Origin: the human T2T-CHM13v2.0 reference genome, Homo sapiens
Strand: one strand, 5' to 3'
Assembly (NCBI RefSeq): GCF_009914755.1
Contig: NC_060928.1
Length of the DNA stretch: 64,000 bases
The translations under genes were made by a program, and so were the position numbers. The notes under the pieces are model-generated. The model did no database searches and had not been told where the DNA came from. It was given only the letters and a program-made list of their open reading frames with translations. This document shows, one piece after another, positions 47,113-64,000 of this stretch. Position 1 is the stretch's first letter; every line of letters begins with the position of its first letter.

Positions 47113-48059
47113 GGGCCTGTTTCTCTTTGCCTTCCTCCCTGAATTCCCTCCTGTCCCAGATATGTGCTGTTCCTGGCACTCTCCGGCCCCCCGTTCAGCC
47201 AGCACTGAGCCAGCAGGAAGGATCTCACAGGTTATATCCTGAGGTTCAACCCTCCACCCCTTGAGGTAATAATCCTCCCGCTTTTAGTCATTCATATCCT
47301 TTGGCTCATAGATATTTTGAGTCTAATGCCTTCTAACTGCTGACCTAAATAATATCCCTTGGTTTTTAGAGATAATACAAAGTTGATTTTAGTAACAACC
47401 TTGAGTCGTCACGGAAGCTAATGAAGTTGGGGATTCTATGCAGCCATCCAAGCATATAAAGCCCATTTCCCTGGGTCCCTTTGCCTTAGCTCAAGGCCAT
47501 AAAAATCAGAAAATGAATTCCAGCCCATATTTGCATTATGTCTAATAATTATGCGTTATAAATCAAGCCAACGAAGAGCTAAATATGTTCTATTCTCCTA
47601 CTTTGATAAATATACCTCCATAATAACCCACAAGGTCAAAGTCGAGTGTAGAATTCTCAGACTCCTTGGTGCTCTGCACAGGAATGTGATAGCAGAGGAA
47701 GAGCTGATCCTCAGCCCCAGGCGACACTTTTCCCTTTCATTGTAGATAGCCCTGTCCTCACTTGAGAAGCCTGGCGTACCCCTGTGTGGACTCCCTAGGC
47801 CCCATGCAAGCTCCATGCACAAGTCTCACCCCTTCAGACAGCAGAGCCTTGGGCACCATTTGGACAAGCACAGTTTGCCCTTTGAAATGGACCCAGGGAA
47901 GAGGCGGTGCAGGCTCAGGCACATTTGGCCAGGGGCCTGAGTGCCCGGAGTGTGGCCTAGAAACGAGGGTGAGAGCTCTGGGTGGACCGGGCGACAGTCC
48001 GTGGAGGGCCAGAGAGGCACCTTCTCAAGCGCAGGATTCAGGGTAGGGGTCCTCTTGCT

Positions 48060-48553
48060 GAGATGGACGGCTCCGTTTGCTCAGTGTAGTGGCGACTGCC
48101 TCATGTCTTCTCAGTGCACCTTTCATTCAGCCTCAGCTACCATGGGGAGCTCCTTGGAAGCGCAGGCTTCCCTTGTGCTGCCAGCAAACTCAAGCTACAC
48201 TTTCTGCCCCAGGGCAAATCCATTATTGTAGGATTTTTGCCTGAGCACAAATACAGCCCAGGTACACTTACTTGCATGTTAACAGCCTCAGGGGAAGACC
48301 TCAACCGGTGTGGATAAGTGGGCAAATGCTCGAGGCTCCCCTTTCAGGTGGACAGTTCTGGATAACTTTCCTGAGCCTCTCAGAAGATCCTGCACAAAAC
48401 AGTCCATGGCAGCAGCCTCAATAGCATGCCATTATTTTGGCTTTTCCTTCTCGCCTGCCTCACTCTCCCCCACTTCTCACTCTTGCTTCTTGGGATCACT
48501 TCCCAAATAAACCACCCACACCTAAGTCCGTACTCCAGCTCTGCTTTTAGGGG
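48060..48553 (+). mobile_element. ERVL LTR fragment (LTR33/LTR16-like)
   Basis: tgggatcacttcccaaataaacc...gctctgctttt 3' motif, cut by Tigger1. Confidence 0.5.
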
Positions 48554-48655
48554 TAAAGGCATACCTTGGAGATATTACAGGTTTGGTTCTAGGTCATCAC
48601 AATAGAGCAAGTCACATGACATTTTTTGCTTTCTGGTTCATATAAAAGTTATGTT

Positions 48656-48985
<330 letters not shown>

Positions 48986-49045
48986 CTAAAATATAATGTA
49001 CATACCTTACTTTGAAAATACTTGATGGCCAAAAAATGCTAACCA

Positions 49046-49187
49046 TCATCTGGGCCTTCAGCAAGTCATGATCGTTTTGCTGGTGGGCGGTCTTGCCTCA
49101 GTGTTGATGGCTACTGTCATCTGGGCCTTCAGCAAGTCATAATCGTTTTGCTGGTGGGCGGTCTTGCCTCAGTGTTGATGGCTACTG
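49046..49187. repeat. 71-bp tandem duplication
   Basis: 49046-49116 versus 49117-49187, one mismatch. Confidence 0.95.
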
Positions 49188-49542
49188 ACTGATCAGGGTG
49201 ATGGTTGCTGAAGGCTGGAGTGAATGTGGCAATTTATTAAAATAAGATGACAATGAAGTTTGCCGTATTGATTGACTCTTCCTTTCACAAAAGATTTCAC
49301 TGTAGCATGCTATGCTGCTTGATAGCATCTTACCCACAGTAGAATTTATATCAAAATTGGAATCAATCCTCTCAAACCCTGCCACTGCTCTATCAACTAA
49401 GTTTATGGAATGTTCTAAGTCCTTTGTTGTTCTTTCAACAATGTTCACAGCATCTCCACCAGGAGTAGAGTCCATCTCAAGAAACCACTTTCTTTGCTCA
49501 TTCACAATAAGCAACTCTTCATCCATTAAGATTGCAGCAATT

Positions 49543-49840
<298 letters not shown>

Positions 49841-50520
49841 AAGATTGCAGCAATTCACTCACATCTTCAGGCTCCACTGGTAATTCTAGTTCTCTTGCTA
49901 TCTCCACCACAACTGTGGTTACTTCCTCTGCTAAGGTCTTGAACCCCTCAAAGTCATTTGTGAGGGTTGGAATCAACTTCTTCCAAACTCTTATTAATGC
50001 TGCAATTTTTACCTCCCCTCGTGAACCATGAATGTTCTTAATGGCATCTACAATAGTGAATCCTTTCCAGAAGGTTTCTAATTTACTTTGCCCAGATCCG
50101 TCAAAAGAATCATGATCTATGGGAGCAACAGCCTTATAAAATATATTTCTCAAATAATAAGACTTGAAAGTCAAAATGACACCTCAATCCATGGGCTACA
50201 GAATAGATGTGTTAGCAGGCATGAAAACAGCATTCATTCCCCTGTCTATCTCCATTAGAGCTCTTCAGTGGCCAGGTACAATGTCAATAAGCTAAAGTAG
50301 TTGAAAGGAATCTTTTTTTCTGAGCAGTAGGTCTCAACGGTGGGATTAAAATTCTCGGTAACCCATGTGGTAAACAGCTGTGATGTCATCCAAGTGTTGT
50401 TGTTCCATTTATAGAGCACAGGCAGAGTAGATTTAGCATAATTCTTAAAAGATGCCCTAGGATTTATGGAATGGCAAATGAGCATTGGCTTCTAACAAGA
50501 GTGTCAGCCTGTCCTTTGAA

Positions 50521-50825
50521 TTTTTTTTTTTTTAGATAGGGTCTTACTCTGTTGCCCAGGCTGGATTGCAGTGGCATGATCTTGGCCCACTGAAGTCTTG
50601 ACCTCCTGGGCTCAAGCGATCCTCCCACCTCAGCCTCCTGAGTAGCTGAGACTAGAGGCACACACTACCATACCTGGCTAATTTTTTTTTTTTTTTTGGT
50701 AGAGGCAGGGTTTCACCATGTTGCCCAGGCTGGTCTCAAACTCCTAAGCTCAAGCAATTCTCCCATCTCAGCCTCTCAGTCTTCCAGAGTGCTGGGATTA
50801 CAGGCATGAGCCACTGTGACTGGCT
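50521..50825 (-). mobile_element. AluJ in Tigger1
   Basis: TSD cctttgaa. Confidence 0.93.
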
Positions 50826-51253
50826 CCTTTGAAGCTTTGAAGCCAGGCATGGACTTATCCTCTCTATCCAAAGTCCCAGATGGCATCTTCTTCCAATAGA
50901 AGGCTGTTTCACCTACATTGACAGTCCATTGTTCAGCATAGCCACTTTCATCAATGATCTTAGCCAGATCTTCTGGATAACTTGCTGAAGCTTCTACATC
51001 AGAACTTGCAGCTTCATCTTGTGCTATTATATCATAGAGATGTCTTCCTTTCTTAAACCTCATGAACCAACCTATGCTAACTTCAGACTTTTCTTCTGTA
51101 GCTTCCTTATCTCTCTCGGCCTTCATAAAATTGAAGAGAATTAGGGCTTTGCTACGGATTAGGCTTTGGCTTAAGGGAATGTTGTGGTTGGCCTGGTCTT
51201 CTGTCCAGACCACTTAAACTTTCTCCATACCAGCAATAAGGCTTTGTTTTCTT

Positions 51254-52735
<1,482 letters not shown>

Positions 52736-53582
52736 GGCTTTGTTTTCTTATCATATATTTTCACTGGAGTAGCACTTCCGATTTCCTCTGAGAACTTTTT
52801 CTCTGCATTTACAACTTGGCTAACTTTGGCACAAGAAGTATAGCTTTCAGCCAGTTTCGGTTTTCAACATGGCCTTCCTCATTAAGCCTAATCATCTCTT
52901 GCTTTTGACTGAAAATGAAAAACATGTATCTCATCCTTTAATTTGAACACTAAAAGGCCATTGTAGGACTATTCATTGACATGATTTTAATATTGTTGAG
53001 TCTCAAGAAATAGGGAGGGCCAAGGAGAGAGAGATGGAGAAATGGCTGGGCAGGGGAGCAGTCGGAACACACACAACGTTTATCAATTAACTTTGCCACC
53101 ATATAGGGGCCTGGTTCATGGCACCCCAAAATAGTTACAACAGTTACATCAGAGGTCACCTATCACAGATAACCAAAACAGAGATAATAGTAATGGAAAA
53201 GTTTGAAGTATTGTAAGAATTACCAAAATGCGACAGAGTCACAAAGTCAGCATGTGATGATAGAAATATGGCACAGATAGACGCTCCATGCATGGTTGCC
53301 AAACCTTCAATCTGTGAAAAGCACAATATCTGCAAAGTGTAATAACATGAGTTATGCCTGCACTCAGAAGAATAAAGGGATAAATCCAGGAAATGGAAGG
53401 ACCAGTCCATTCCAAGTATAACAATATCATCAGCACAATCTCGCTGGAGTCCTTCATCAACGAAGGCAAAAAGTATCCTCCACACATTTATATTATTACC
53501 TAAACTCCTGTTAAAGAGGTTTGGGGGATTTTTTATGGGACTGGCCCCTTTGTTCTCTCCTCTATTTTAATTTCTCAATTCC

Positions 53583-53872
<290 letters not shown>

Positions 53873-54239
53873 TTCGGCCTCTAAATTCTTTTTATGGAGC
53901 CTCATTTTCACAGTTAAATGTCTTCAATTGACTGTGGCCTGTTGGGAGGTGGGATGGAGGAAGCTTCTTATGGAAAATGAACGTGGAAGGGAAGCACACC
54001 AGAAGCAAGAAAGTGTCATCAATTTTTCCATCAAAGACTCCGTGAAAAAGACGAAGCACAAGTAGCCTGTTTTTGTGGCTGACCGTTGGACTGCGGACTG
54101 CACCTGCATCTACCAGGTTCTTCTGGATAGTCCCAGTTCTAAATTTTTGACCTGATATTCATGAACACAGTGCTACTGGGCAGACCTTTGTCCAGGTTTA
54201 AGCTTCAGAAAATAAGGTCTTCATGCAGTGGGAGGCTTA

Positions 54240-54509
<270 letters not shown>

Positions 54510-54696
54510 TCAGTCTGGGAAACCATGAATCTAAGAGCTGGAAGAAACCTTAGACCAGCCCCTCATTAACAGATGAGACTCTCCCCTGGGACTATAGCCT
54601 AGGGTAATGCATTGAGCTTTTCCAGAGATTTGAAAATAATCAATCCTAAAACCCCCAAGTATACTGCTACTGTTTGCTATTTAATAATGTTTGCTA

Positions 54697-54990
54697 GGGT
54701 GGGTATGGTGGCTCACGCCTGTAATACCAGCACTCTGGGAGGCTGAGGCGAGTGGATCACCTGAGGTCAGGAGTTCGAGACCAGCCTAGCCAACATGGTG
54801 AAATCCCGTCTGTACTAAAAATACAAAACATTAGCCAGGCATAGTGGTGCGCACCTGTAATCCCAGCTACTCAAGAGGGTGAGGCAGGAGAATCATTTGA
54901 ACTCAGGAGGTGGAGGTTGCAGTGAGCCAAGATCACGCCATTGCACTCCAGCCTGGGCTACGAGAGCAAAATTCCATCTCAAAATAATAA
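54697..54990 (+). mobile_element. AluS
   Basis: Alu consensus match. Confidence 0.95.
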
Positions 54991-56356
54991 TGATAATCAT
55001 AATGTTTTCTACAAGCAAGGGGTTGTTTTGTACTGTGAACTGGTGTGAAGGGATCCACCATGTGTAAGCTTTTGGAGCTGATTTTATTATCTGTGTTGCC
55101 CCACAATGGTGAAGGGAAGATGGCACACCAAAATAGGGGCATTGGTGCCAGTGCATCAGGTAAATAGGCATCTACAGATCTGAGAATAGATTGCTACCAT
55201 TGCTACCATTCGTTATAATCAATGCTACAATAACCTTGTAGGTTTGGTCCCTCCTCTTCAGAAATTACAATGTCTTCCCTATAGTTATGCATAAACATCT
55301 TTTATGTACAAGTGCTGGAAAATTTTAATCTCCAGATACAAGGCCATGGAAAAGGTTTTAGATATGCTACATATTATTCAGCAAACATTTATTAAACTGT
55401 CCATGGGCCAACCACTGTTTTAGGGCTGTGGGACAGAAAGATCAATAAATACAAGACCTTTGGCTGGAGAAACTCACAGTTCTTGGCCTGGAATGAACAA
55501 CCAACAAATCATTGCAATTCTATGTGATGTGCATTATTGTAGCATCATAATGATCTTTTCTTTTTCATATGTTCCCCCAAATGACAATGGCCCAACAAAA
55601 TGTAAATGGAGGTTACAGGGATCCAGCATCTTAAACAATTCTTCTATGCTCCCTCTCCAGGTTCCTCTGCCAAGATGCAAATACTCCAAGAATGACAATG
55701 CCTTTATCAAATCCATTCTCTCTTACTTGAAGTCAGCCTGAGGTCATAGGATGCAACTTTCCCCAGATAATTTTGCCCCATCCTTCATAAACCTTCAAAT
55801 CTAGCCTGTGACAGACTTCAAAGACAAAACAAAACAAAACAAATTTTCCTGTTATTCACATTTTTAAAAACACCTGTTAACTTCATCACTTTATTCTTTT
55901 TCCAATATCAGTGTAGAAACCACAAATTGCTTTGAAAATAATACATTATTAACATCATCAAACATCAAAAATATCAGGCAGAACAAATAACTTTATAGAG
56001 TTTGTCTAAATAAGACAATTGGAAAGACAAACTTTTAAAGTATCCTAATTTAATAGAAAATTGTTCAAAATACGATGAAGCAAACAGAAAAAAAACTTAG
56101 GAACCAGTATCATGAAAAGAAAGTAAATACAGTGAGCTGAGCTTTGGGTGTGTTTATCATGAAAATGGAAAATGAGAAGGAGCCAACATGCAGTGATCTG
56201 AATAAAAGGTGTTATTACTAACATATTTTAGTAATAAGCAAACTGAACTATATTCATCCCTTCATCTACTCAATGACCAAAAGGAATAATGCTTTAGGTT
56301 TGCGCAACTTTGGTTAAAAGGATGAAAAACCTTTTGAGCTATTTAAAAAGCAACTA

Positions 56357-56669
<313 letters not shown>

Positions 56670-57267
56670 TTAGACCAACTGTAGGATTAATTTAATTTAA
56701 TTTGGAGTAGTTTAGGAAAACATGTTTCCTGAAGAAATGACAACCAAAGAATGACAGACACTTCCTTAAATATCTAAAAAGCTGCTAATGTCTTTGTTTA
56801 GATAGCTGTCACTGACAAAGGACCAACAATGATGGCTTTTACTTTTATAAAAATTGTAAGACTTTGGGTTAAAGATGACAAAATGAAGCCTAATAACAAG
56901 TTCTACCTCTCTTAACACCTAAAGACAACAGAAAAAGCACAAGTCACCTGGAGTAACCAGACACAGAAACAGGTCAGGCTGTAAACTTCAGAAGGAGACG
57001 ATGGTCAACAAAAAGGGAAAGAAAATGTTGGCAAGGCCCATCCAGGTGCCAGATCCGCTCCCACCAAAGAAAAGAGGTCTGGAGCCACTGGGCAGTACAC
57101 AACAGGCAGTGTCTAGGGCCACAAAGCCATAAGGACCTCCAAGGACATTTCAGATCTCAAAAAAATGTTATCCTATCAAAATGAAAAATATAAGAATAAA
57201 AATTAATTAAAATGTTAGGTCTATACTATAAAAACCCTTTCAAAAATTTTATAGGAAAATTATATTT

Positions 57268-57573
57268 AGTCTGGGCGTGGTGGCTCACACCTGTCATCCC
57301 AGCACTTTGGGAGGCCAAGGCAGTTGGATTGCTTGAGCCCAAAAGTTCCAGACCAGCCTGGGCAGCATGGCAAAACCCTGTCTCTACTAAAAACACAAAA
57401 ATTAGTGGGGCGTGGTGGCACACGCCTCTAATCTCAGCTACTTGGGAGGCTGAGGCACGAGAATTGCTTGAACCCAGAGGCAGAAATTGCAGGGAGCTGG
57501 GATTGCGCCACGACATTCTGATCTGGGTGACACAGCAAGACTCTGTCTCAAAAAAAAAAAAGAAAAAAAAAAA
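57268..57573 (+). mobile_element. Alu
   Basis: Alu consensus match. Confidence 0.93.
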
Positions 57574-58017
57574 GATTAGCATTGACTTCACTTTTACTTT
57601 AGTCATTTTTTTCTGTTAAATTCAAGTAAAATACAACCACCCAAGTAAAAAAAAAAAATCTTGTTGAATTAGCTCAATGGAAGAAGGAGATGATGAAGAT
57701 AAGAACGGTAAATAGAAATGACTCAATCTGAACAGAGACACATGGGCTGAAAAAAATAGAGTCTCAGGAAGCCTTGAAATAACAAAAGTTCTAGCGTTCA
57801 TTTCACTGGAGTCATACAAGGAGAAAAGACATCATAAGAAGCTGAAAAAAGAATTTAGAGAAATAACAGCTGAAAACATCCCAAATTTGGTGAAAGACAT
57901 AAGTCTTCAGATTCAAGAAAATCTGAGTGAACTCCAAGTTAAATAAATCCAAAGCAGTCCCTACCAAGACACATCATAATCAAACTTCCAAAAGCAAAAG
58001 GCAAAGAAAGCAATCTT

Positions 58018-58719
58018 TTTTTTTTATTTTGTTTTGTTTTCTTTTTTTTTATTATACTTTAAGTTTTAGGGTACATGTGCACAACATGCAGGTTTGTTAC
58101 ATATGTATACATGTGCCATGTTGGTGTGCTGCACCCATTAACTCGTCATTTAACATTAGGTATATCTTCTAATGCTATCCCTCCCCCCTCCCCCCACCCC
58201 ACAACAGGCCCCAGTGTGTGATGTTCCCCTTCCTGTGTCCATGTGTTCTCATTGTTCAATTCCCACCTATGAGTGAGAACACGCGGTGTTTGGTTTTTTG
58301 TCCTTGCGATAGTTTGCTGACAATGATGGTTTCCAGCTTCATCCATGTCCCTACAAAGGACATGAACTCATCATTTTTTATGGCTGCATAGTACTCCATG
58401 GTGTATATGTGCCACATTTTCTTAATCCAGTCTATCATTGTTGGACATTTGGGTTGGTTCCAAGTCTTTGCTATTGTGAATAGTGCCGCAATAAACATAC
58501 GTGTGCATATGTCTTTATAGCAGCATGATTTATAATCCTTTGGGCATATACCCAGTAATGGGATGGCTGGGTCAAATGGTATTTCTAGTTCTAGATCCCT
58601 GAGGAATCGCCACACTGACTTCCACAATGGTTGAACTAGTTTACAGTCCCACCAACAGTGTAAAAGTGTTCCTATTTTTCCACATCCTCTCCAGCACCTG
58701 TTGTTTCCTGACTTTTTAA
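58018..58719 (-). mobile_element. Young L1PA (about L1PA3/4) 3' end, ~700 bp
   Basis: Near-consensus ORF2 C-terminus ([22 protein letters not shown]), poly(T), perfect 16-bp TSD CAAAGAAAGCAATCTT at 58002-17 and 58720-35. Confidence 0.93.
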
Positions 58720-59636
58720 CAAAGAAAGCAATCTTAAAAACAATCAGTAAGAAATGAAACGTTTCCTGCAGGGGAACACCAACCCAAATAACAACAGAAA
58801 TCATCCAAAATCACAGAGGCCAGAGGAGGTGACGTGACAATTTGCAAGTCTGAAAGAAAACGTCAACTGCACATTCTATATTCAAAGAAAATATTCTTCA
58901 GAAAGGAAGGGGAAATAAATGAAAACGCCCTCAGACCAAAGAAAACAAAGAGAATTTGTCACTAGCACGCCTACCACTAAAGAATAGCTGAAGTAATTTT
59001 TCCAGATAGAAAGGAAATGATAACAGAAGAAGGCCAAGAACTTGAGAGGAAAGTAAGAACCATGGAATGAGTAAAACTAAAGATAAATATAATAGACTTG
59101 CCTTCTTCTTATGAATTTCTGAAATCATATTTGATGATTAAAGCAAAAATTGTAATAGCATATGTTGGAATGCTCAATATAAAAAAATAAATATTTGAAA
59201 GAATTATACCTAAAAAGTAGAGAGGATAAAGACCTAAATGAAAGTAAGTTTTCAGTGCTCCACTGCAAGGAGTTAAATGTTGATAGCAATAGGCTAAGTT
59301 ATAGATATATACTGTAATACCTACAGCAACCACCGAGAGAGCTATGTAAAGTGATATACTCAAATACAGTATAAATTAAACAAGATGGAATTTTAAAAGT
59401 GATCAAGTATCCCATGGGAAGACTAGAACAGGGAAACAGGAAACAAACAGAAAACAAATAATAAAATGGCAGAATTAAGCTCTAACACATCAAGAATTAC
59501 TTTAAAAGTACATGGTCTATCAATTTACCTTTGATGTAAAGAATAGAGATGGCAGTTTAAAGAAAATAAAACATAACCCAACTACATGCCATCTACAAGA
59601 ACCTCACTTCAAATACAGCATAAATAAGTTGACACT

Positions 59637-60039
<403 letters not shown>

Positions 60040-60207
60040 ACCCAAAAGTGGTTGTATTGATAACAGATAAAATAGATTTCCAAAAAAAGTTAATAAGGAC
60101 ATTACATAATGTAATAAGAAACATTACATTATAATTTAAAAATCTTTATGTAAAGAGACACATTACATAATGATTTAAAAATCATCAAAAAGACACAGAG
60201 ATCCTGA

Positions 60208-60672
<465 letters not shown>

Positions 60673-61386
60673 CACCTGTCTATTTTCCCATCCTTCTATC
60701 TGTCTGTGCATGTGCCAAGAGGAGAGAGAATGGCATGGTGTTTTCCTGGATTGATGACAGCTATTTCTAGATCATGGAGGTGGGAATGCTTATTGGTCAT
60801 CTTCTTCTTTTTTATATTGATTCATTTTTTAAAAACAAGCATTTTATAACAATAAAGTAATAAAAATAACTAAAATAATCTAAAAATAATTGAGTTGAAT
60901 ATTTAAACTTTTTATTGACATTTCAAATTAGATTCTAATTAGATTTTAGAACAGCCTCTCATAGAAGCAGACGTACTCAATTATGTTAACTCTGTGGTTT
61001 CATTTCAGCAATTTGTTTTGCGAAGGGACACAAATCCAACCAGATTTTAACAGTGTGTACATACTTATTTATTAATTAAATTACAGTTACAATACCCTCA
61101 ACTCGCCATTTGAATAAAGGAGAGCATCCGATCTCTGTTCTGGGGCACCGAGCATTATAGGTGTGTGGAAATACCGATGCCCTCAGCCGTGGGGCAGGCT
61201 CAGTGGGACCTGGAGTGCTGGAGCCCCTGGGCCATTCACCTCTGGCCACAAAAGCCATTGTCCATTTACCCTCAACTGCTATAGAAATATTATTTTCAGT
61301 GGTTGTTAAGATGCGAAAGAAAAGAAGCAGGGAGATTTATTAAGCCTTTACGTATAAGTTACGTTAGTAAATAAAGTGGACTTTCT

Positions 61387-61726
<340 letters not shown>

Positions 61727-62163
61727 CTAAAAAACTATACTAGTATTTATGCCTTTTGGAAAATGGAGATGCCAATTTAAATATTATGAAGCGGAGCAAT
61801 TGATTATTAGGTAAGACAACCAATGGCAACTGCAGGGGTTATGGGTTACATGTATAAGAATATTTCATAGCAATAATCTTTTAAGACTATGTGATGAGAC
61901 TCCACAGTTAGGCAGAAATTAGAACAGAATTAATACTACTGTGTAGGCTCTCAGTTCACCAATTTATCACAACTAGCTTTATGATTCAGGAGGGCATCTG
62001 TTCTTTTGCAATTGGAAGAAAAAAAATATTTTATTTTTCTATTCTTTAGATTTTCTTCACTAACAGTATTTCCAAGGCTAAGTAAGGGAGTTACAAGTAG
62101 CACCAAGAGAAAAAAGCAGGGTTGAGCAGCTTTTAAAATATGGTCTTAAAATATGGAAAATAG

Positions 62164-62470
62164 AGCCAGGTGTGGTAGCTCACACTTGTAATCCCAGCAC
62201 TTTGGGAATCTGAGGGAGGAGGATTGGTTGAGGCCAAAAGTTTGAGACCAGCCTGGGTAGCATAGCAAGATCCCTATCTTTACAAAAAGAAATAGTCATG
62301 TTTTAAAAAAATAGCTGTATGTGGTGGTGCATGCCTAGAGTCCTAGTTACCTGGGAGGCTGAGGTAGGAGGAGCTCTTGAGCCCAGGAGTTCAAGTCTGC
62401 AGTCAGCTACGATTGCACCACTGTACTCCAGCCTGGGCAACAGAGTGAGACCCTGTCTCTCTCTCTATTA

Positions 62471-62507
<37 letters not shown>
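62164..62507 (+). mobile_element. AluJ with (CT)n/(TA)n tail
   Basis: Diverged Alu, (TA)n at ~62479-62507. Confidence 0.92.
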
Positions 62508-63577
<1,070 letters not shown>

Positions 63578-64000
63578 TGTATTAGTCCATTTTCACACTG
63601 CTGATAAAGACATACCTGAGACTGGGAAGAAAAAGAGGCTTAATTGGTCTTATGGTTCCACAGGGCTGGGGAGGCCTCAGAGTCATGGCAGAGAATGAAA
63701 GGCACAACTCACATGGTGGCGGCAAGAGAAAACGAGAAGGAAGCAAAAGCAGAAACCCTGATAACCCATCAGATCTCATGAGACTTATTCACTATCACAA
63801 GAATAGCACAGGAAAGATTGGCCCCCATGATTCAATTACCTCCCCCTGGGTCCCTCCCACAACATGTGGGAATTCTGGTAGATATAATTCAAGTTGAGAT
63901 TTGGGTGGGGACACAGCCAAACCATATTATTCCACCCCTGGCCCCTCCAAATCTCATGTCCTCACATTTCAAAACCAATCATGCCTTCCCAACAGTCCCC
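63578..64000 (-). mobile_element. THE1 3' LTR (63578-63929) plus THE1 internal sequence running off the window
   Basis: tgtattagtcc...gacacagccaaaccatatta, then ttccacccctggcccctcc (antisense polypurine tract). Confidence 0.9.

Noticed and set aside
60098-60183. Repeated cattacat/atttaaaaatc blocks
   Set aside because: Small local duplications in decayed L1; not a repeat-spacer array.

Overview
Primate (human or great-ape-like) genomic DNA, dominated by interspersed repeats: about 40 Alu/FLAM SINEs, many L1 fragments of different ages, MIR/L2, solo LTRs (ERV1, MaLR, ERVL) and TcMar-Tigger DNA transposons. I find no intact protein-coding gene. The ORFs in the track are Alu, L1 or Tigger fragments, part of a pseudogene, or chance frames. 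The main non-repeat features are (i) a GAR1 processed pseudogene on the minus strand (42363-43669) with TSD, poly(A) and three in-frame stops, (ii) a second, unidentified, 3'-UTR-like mRNA retrocopy inserted in a full-length Tigger1, and (iii) a compact CpG-rich promoter near 21.3-21.55 kb with ZNF143/SBS, NRF1, ETS and GC-box motifs but no recognisable coding exon. Smaller structural oddities include a ~205-bp locally templated insertion inside an AluJ, a quasi-palindrome perfected inside an L1, a probable twin-primed L1 inversion, a composite Alu under one TSD, and short tandem duplications. I see no evidence of a novel multi-gene system, CRISPR array or prokaryotic DNA. Repeat subfamily names come from recalled consensus motifs, not from a search, and most repeat boundaries are approximate.
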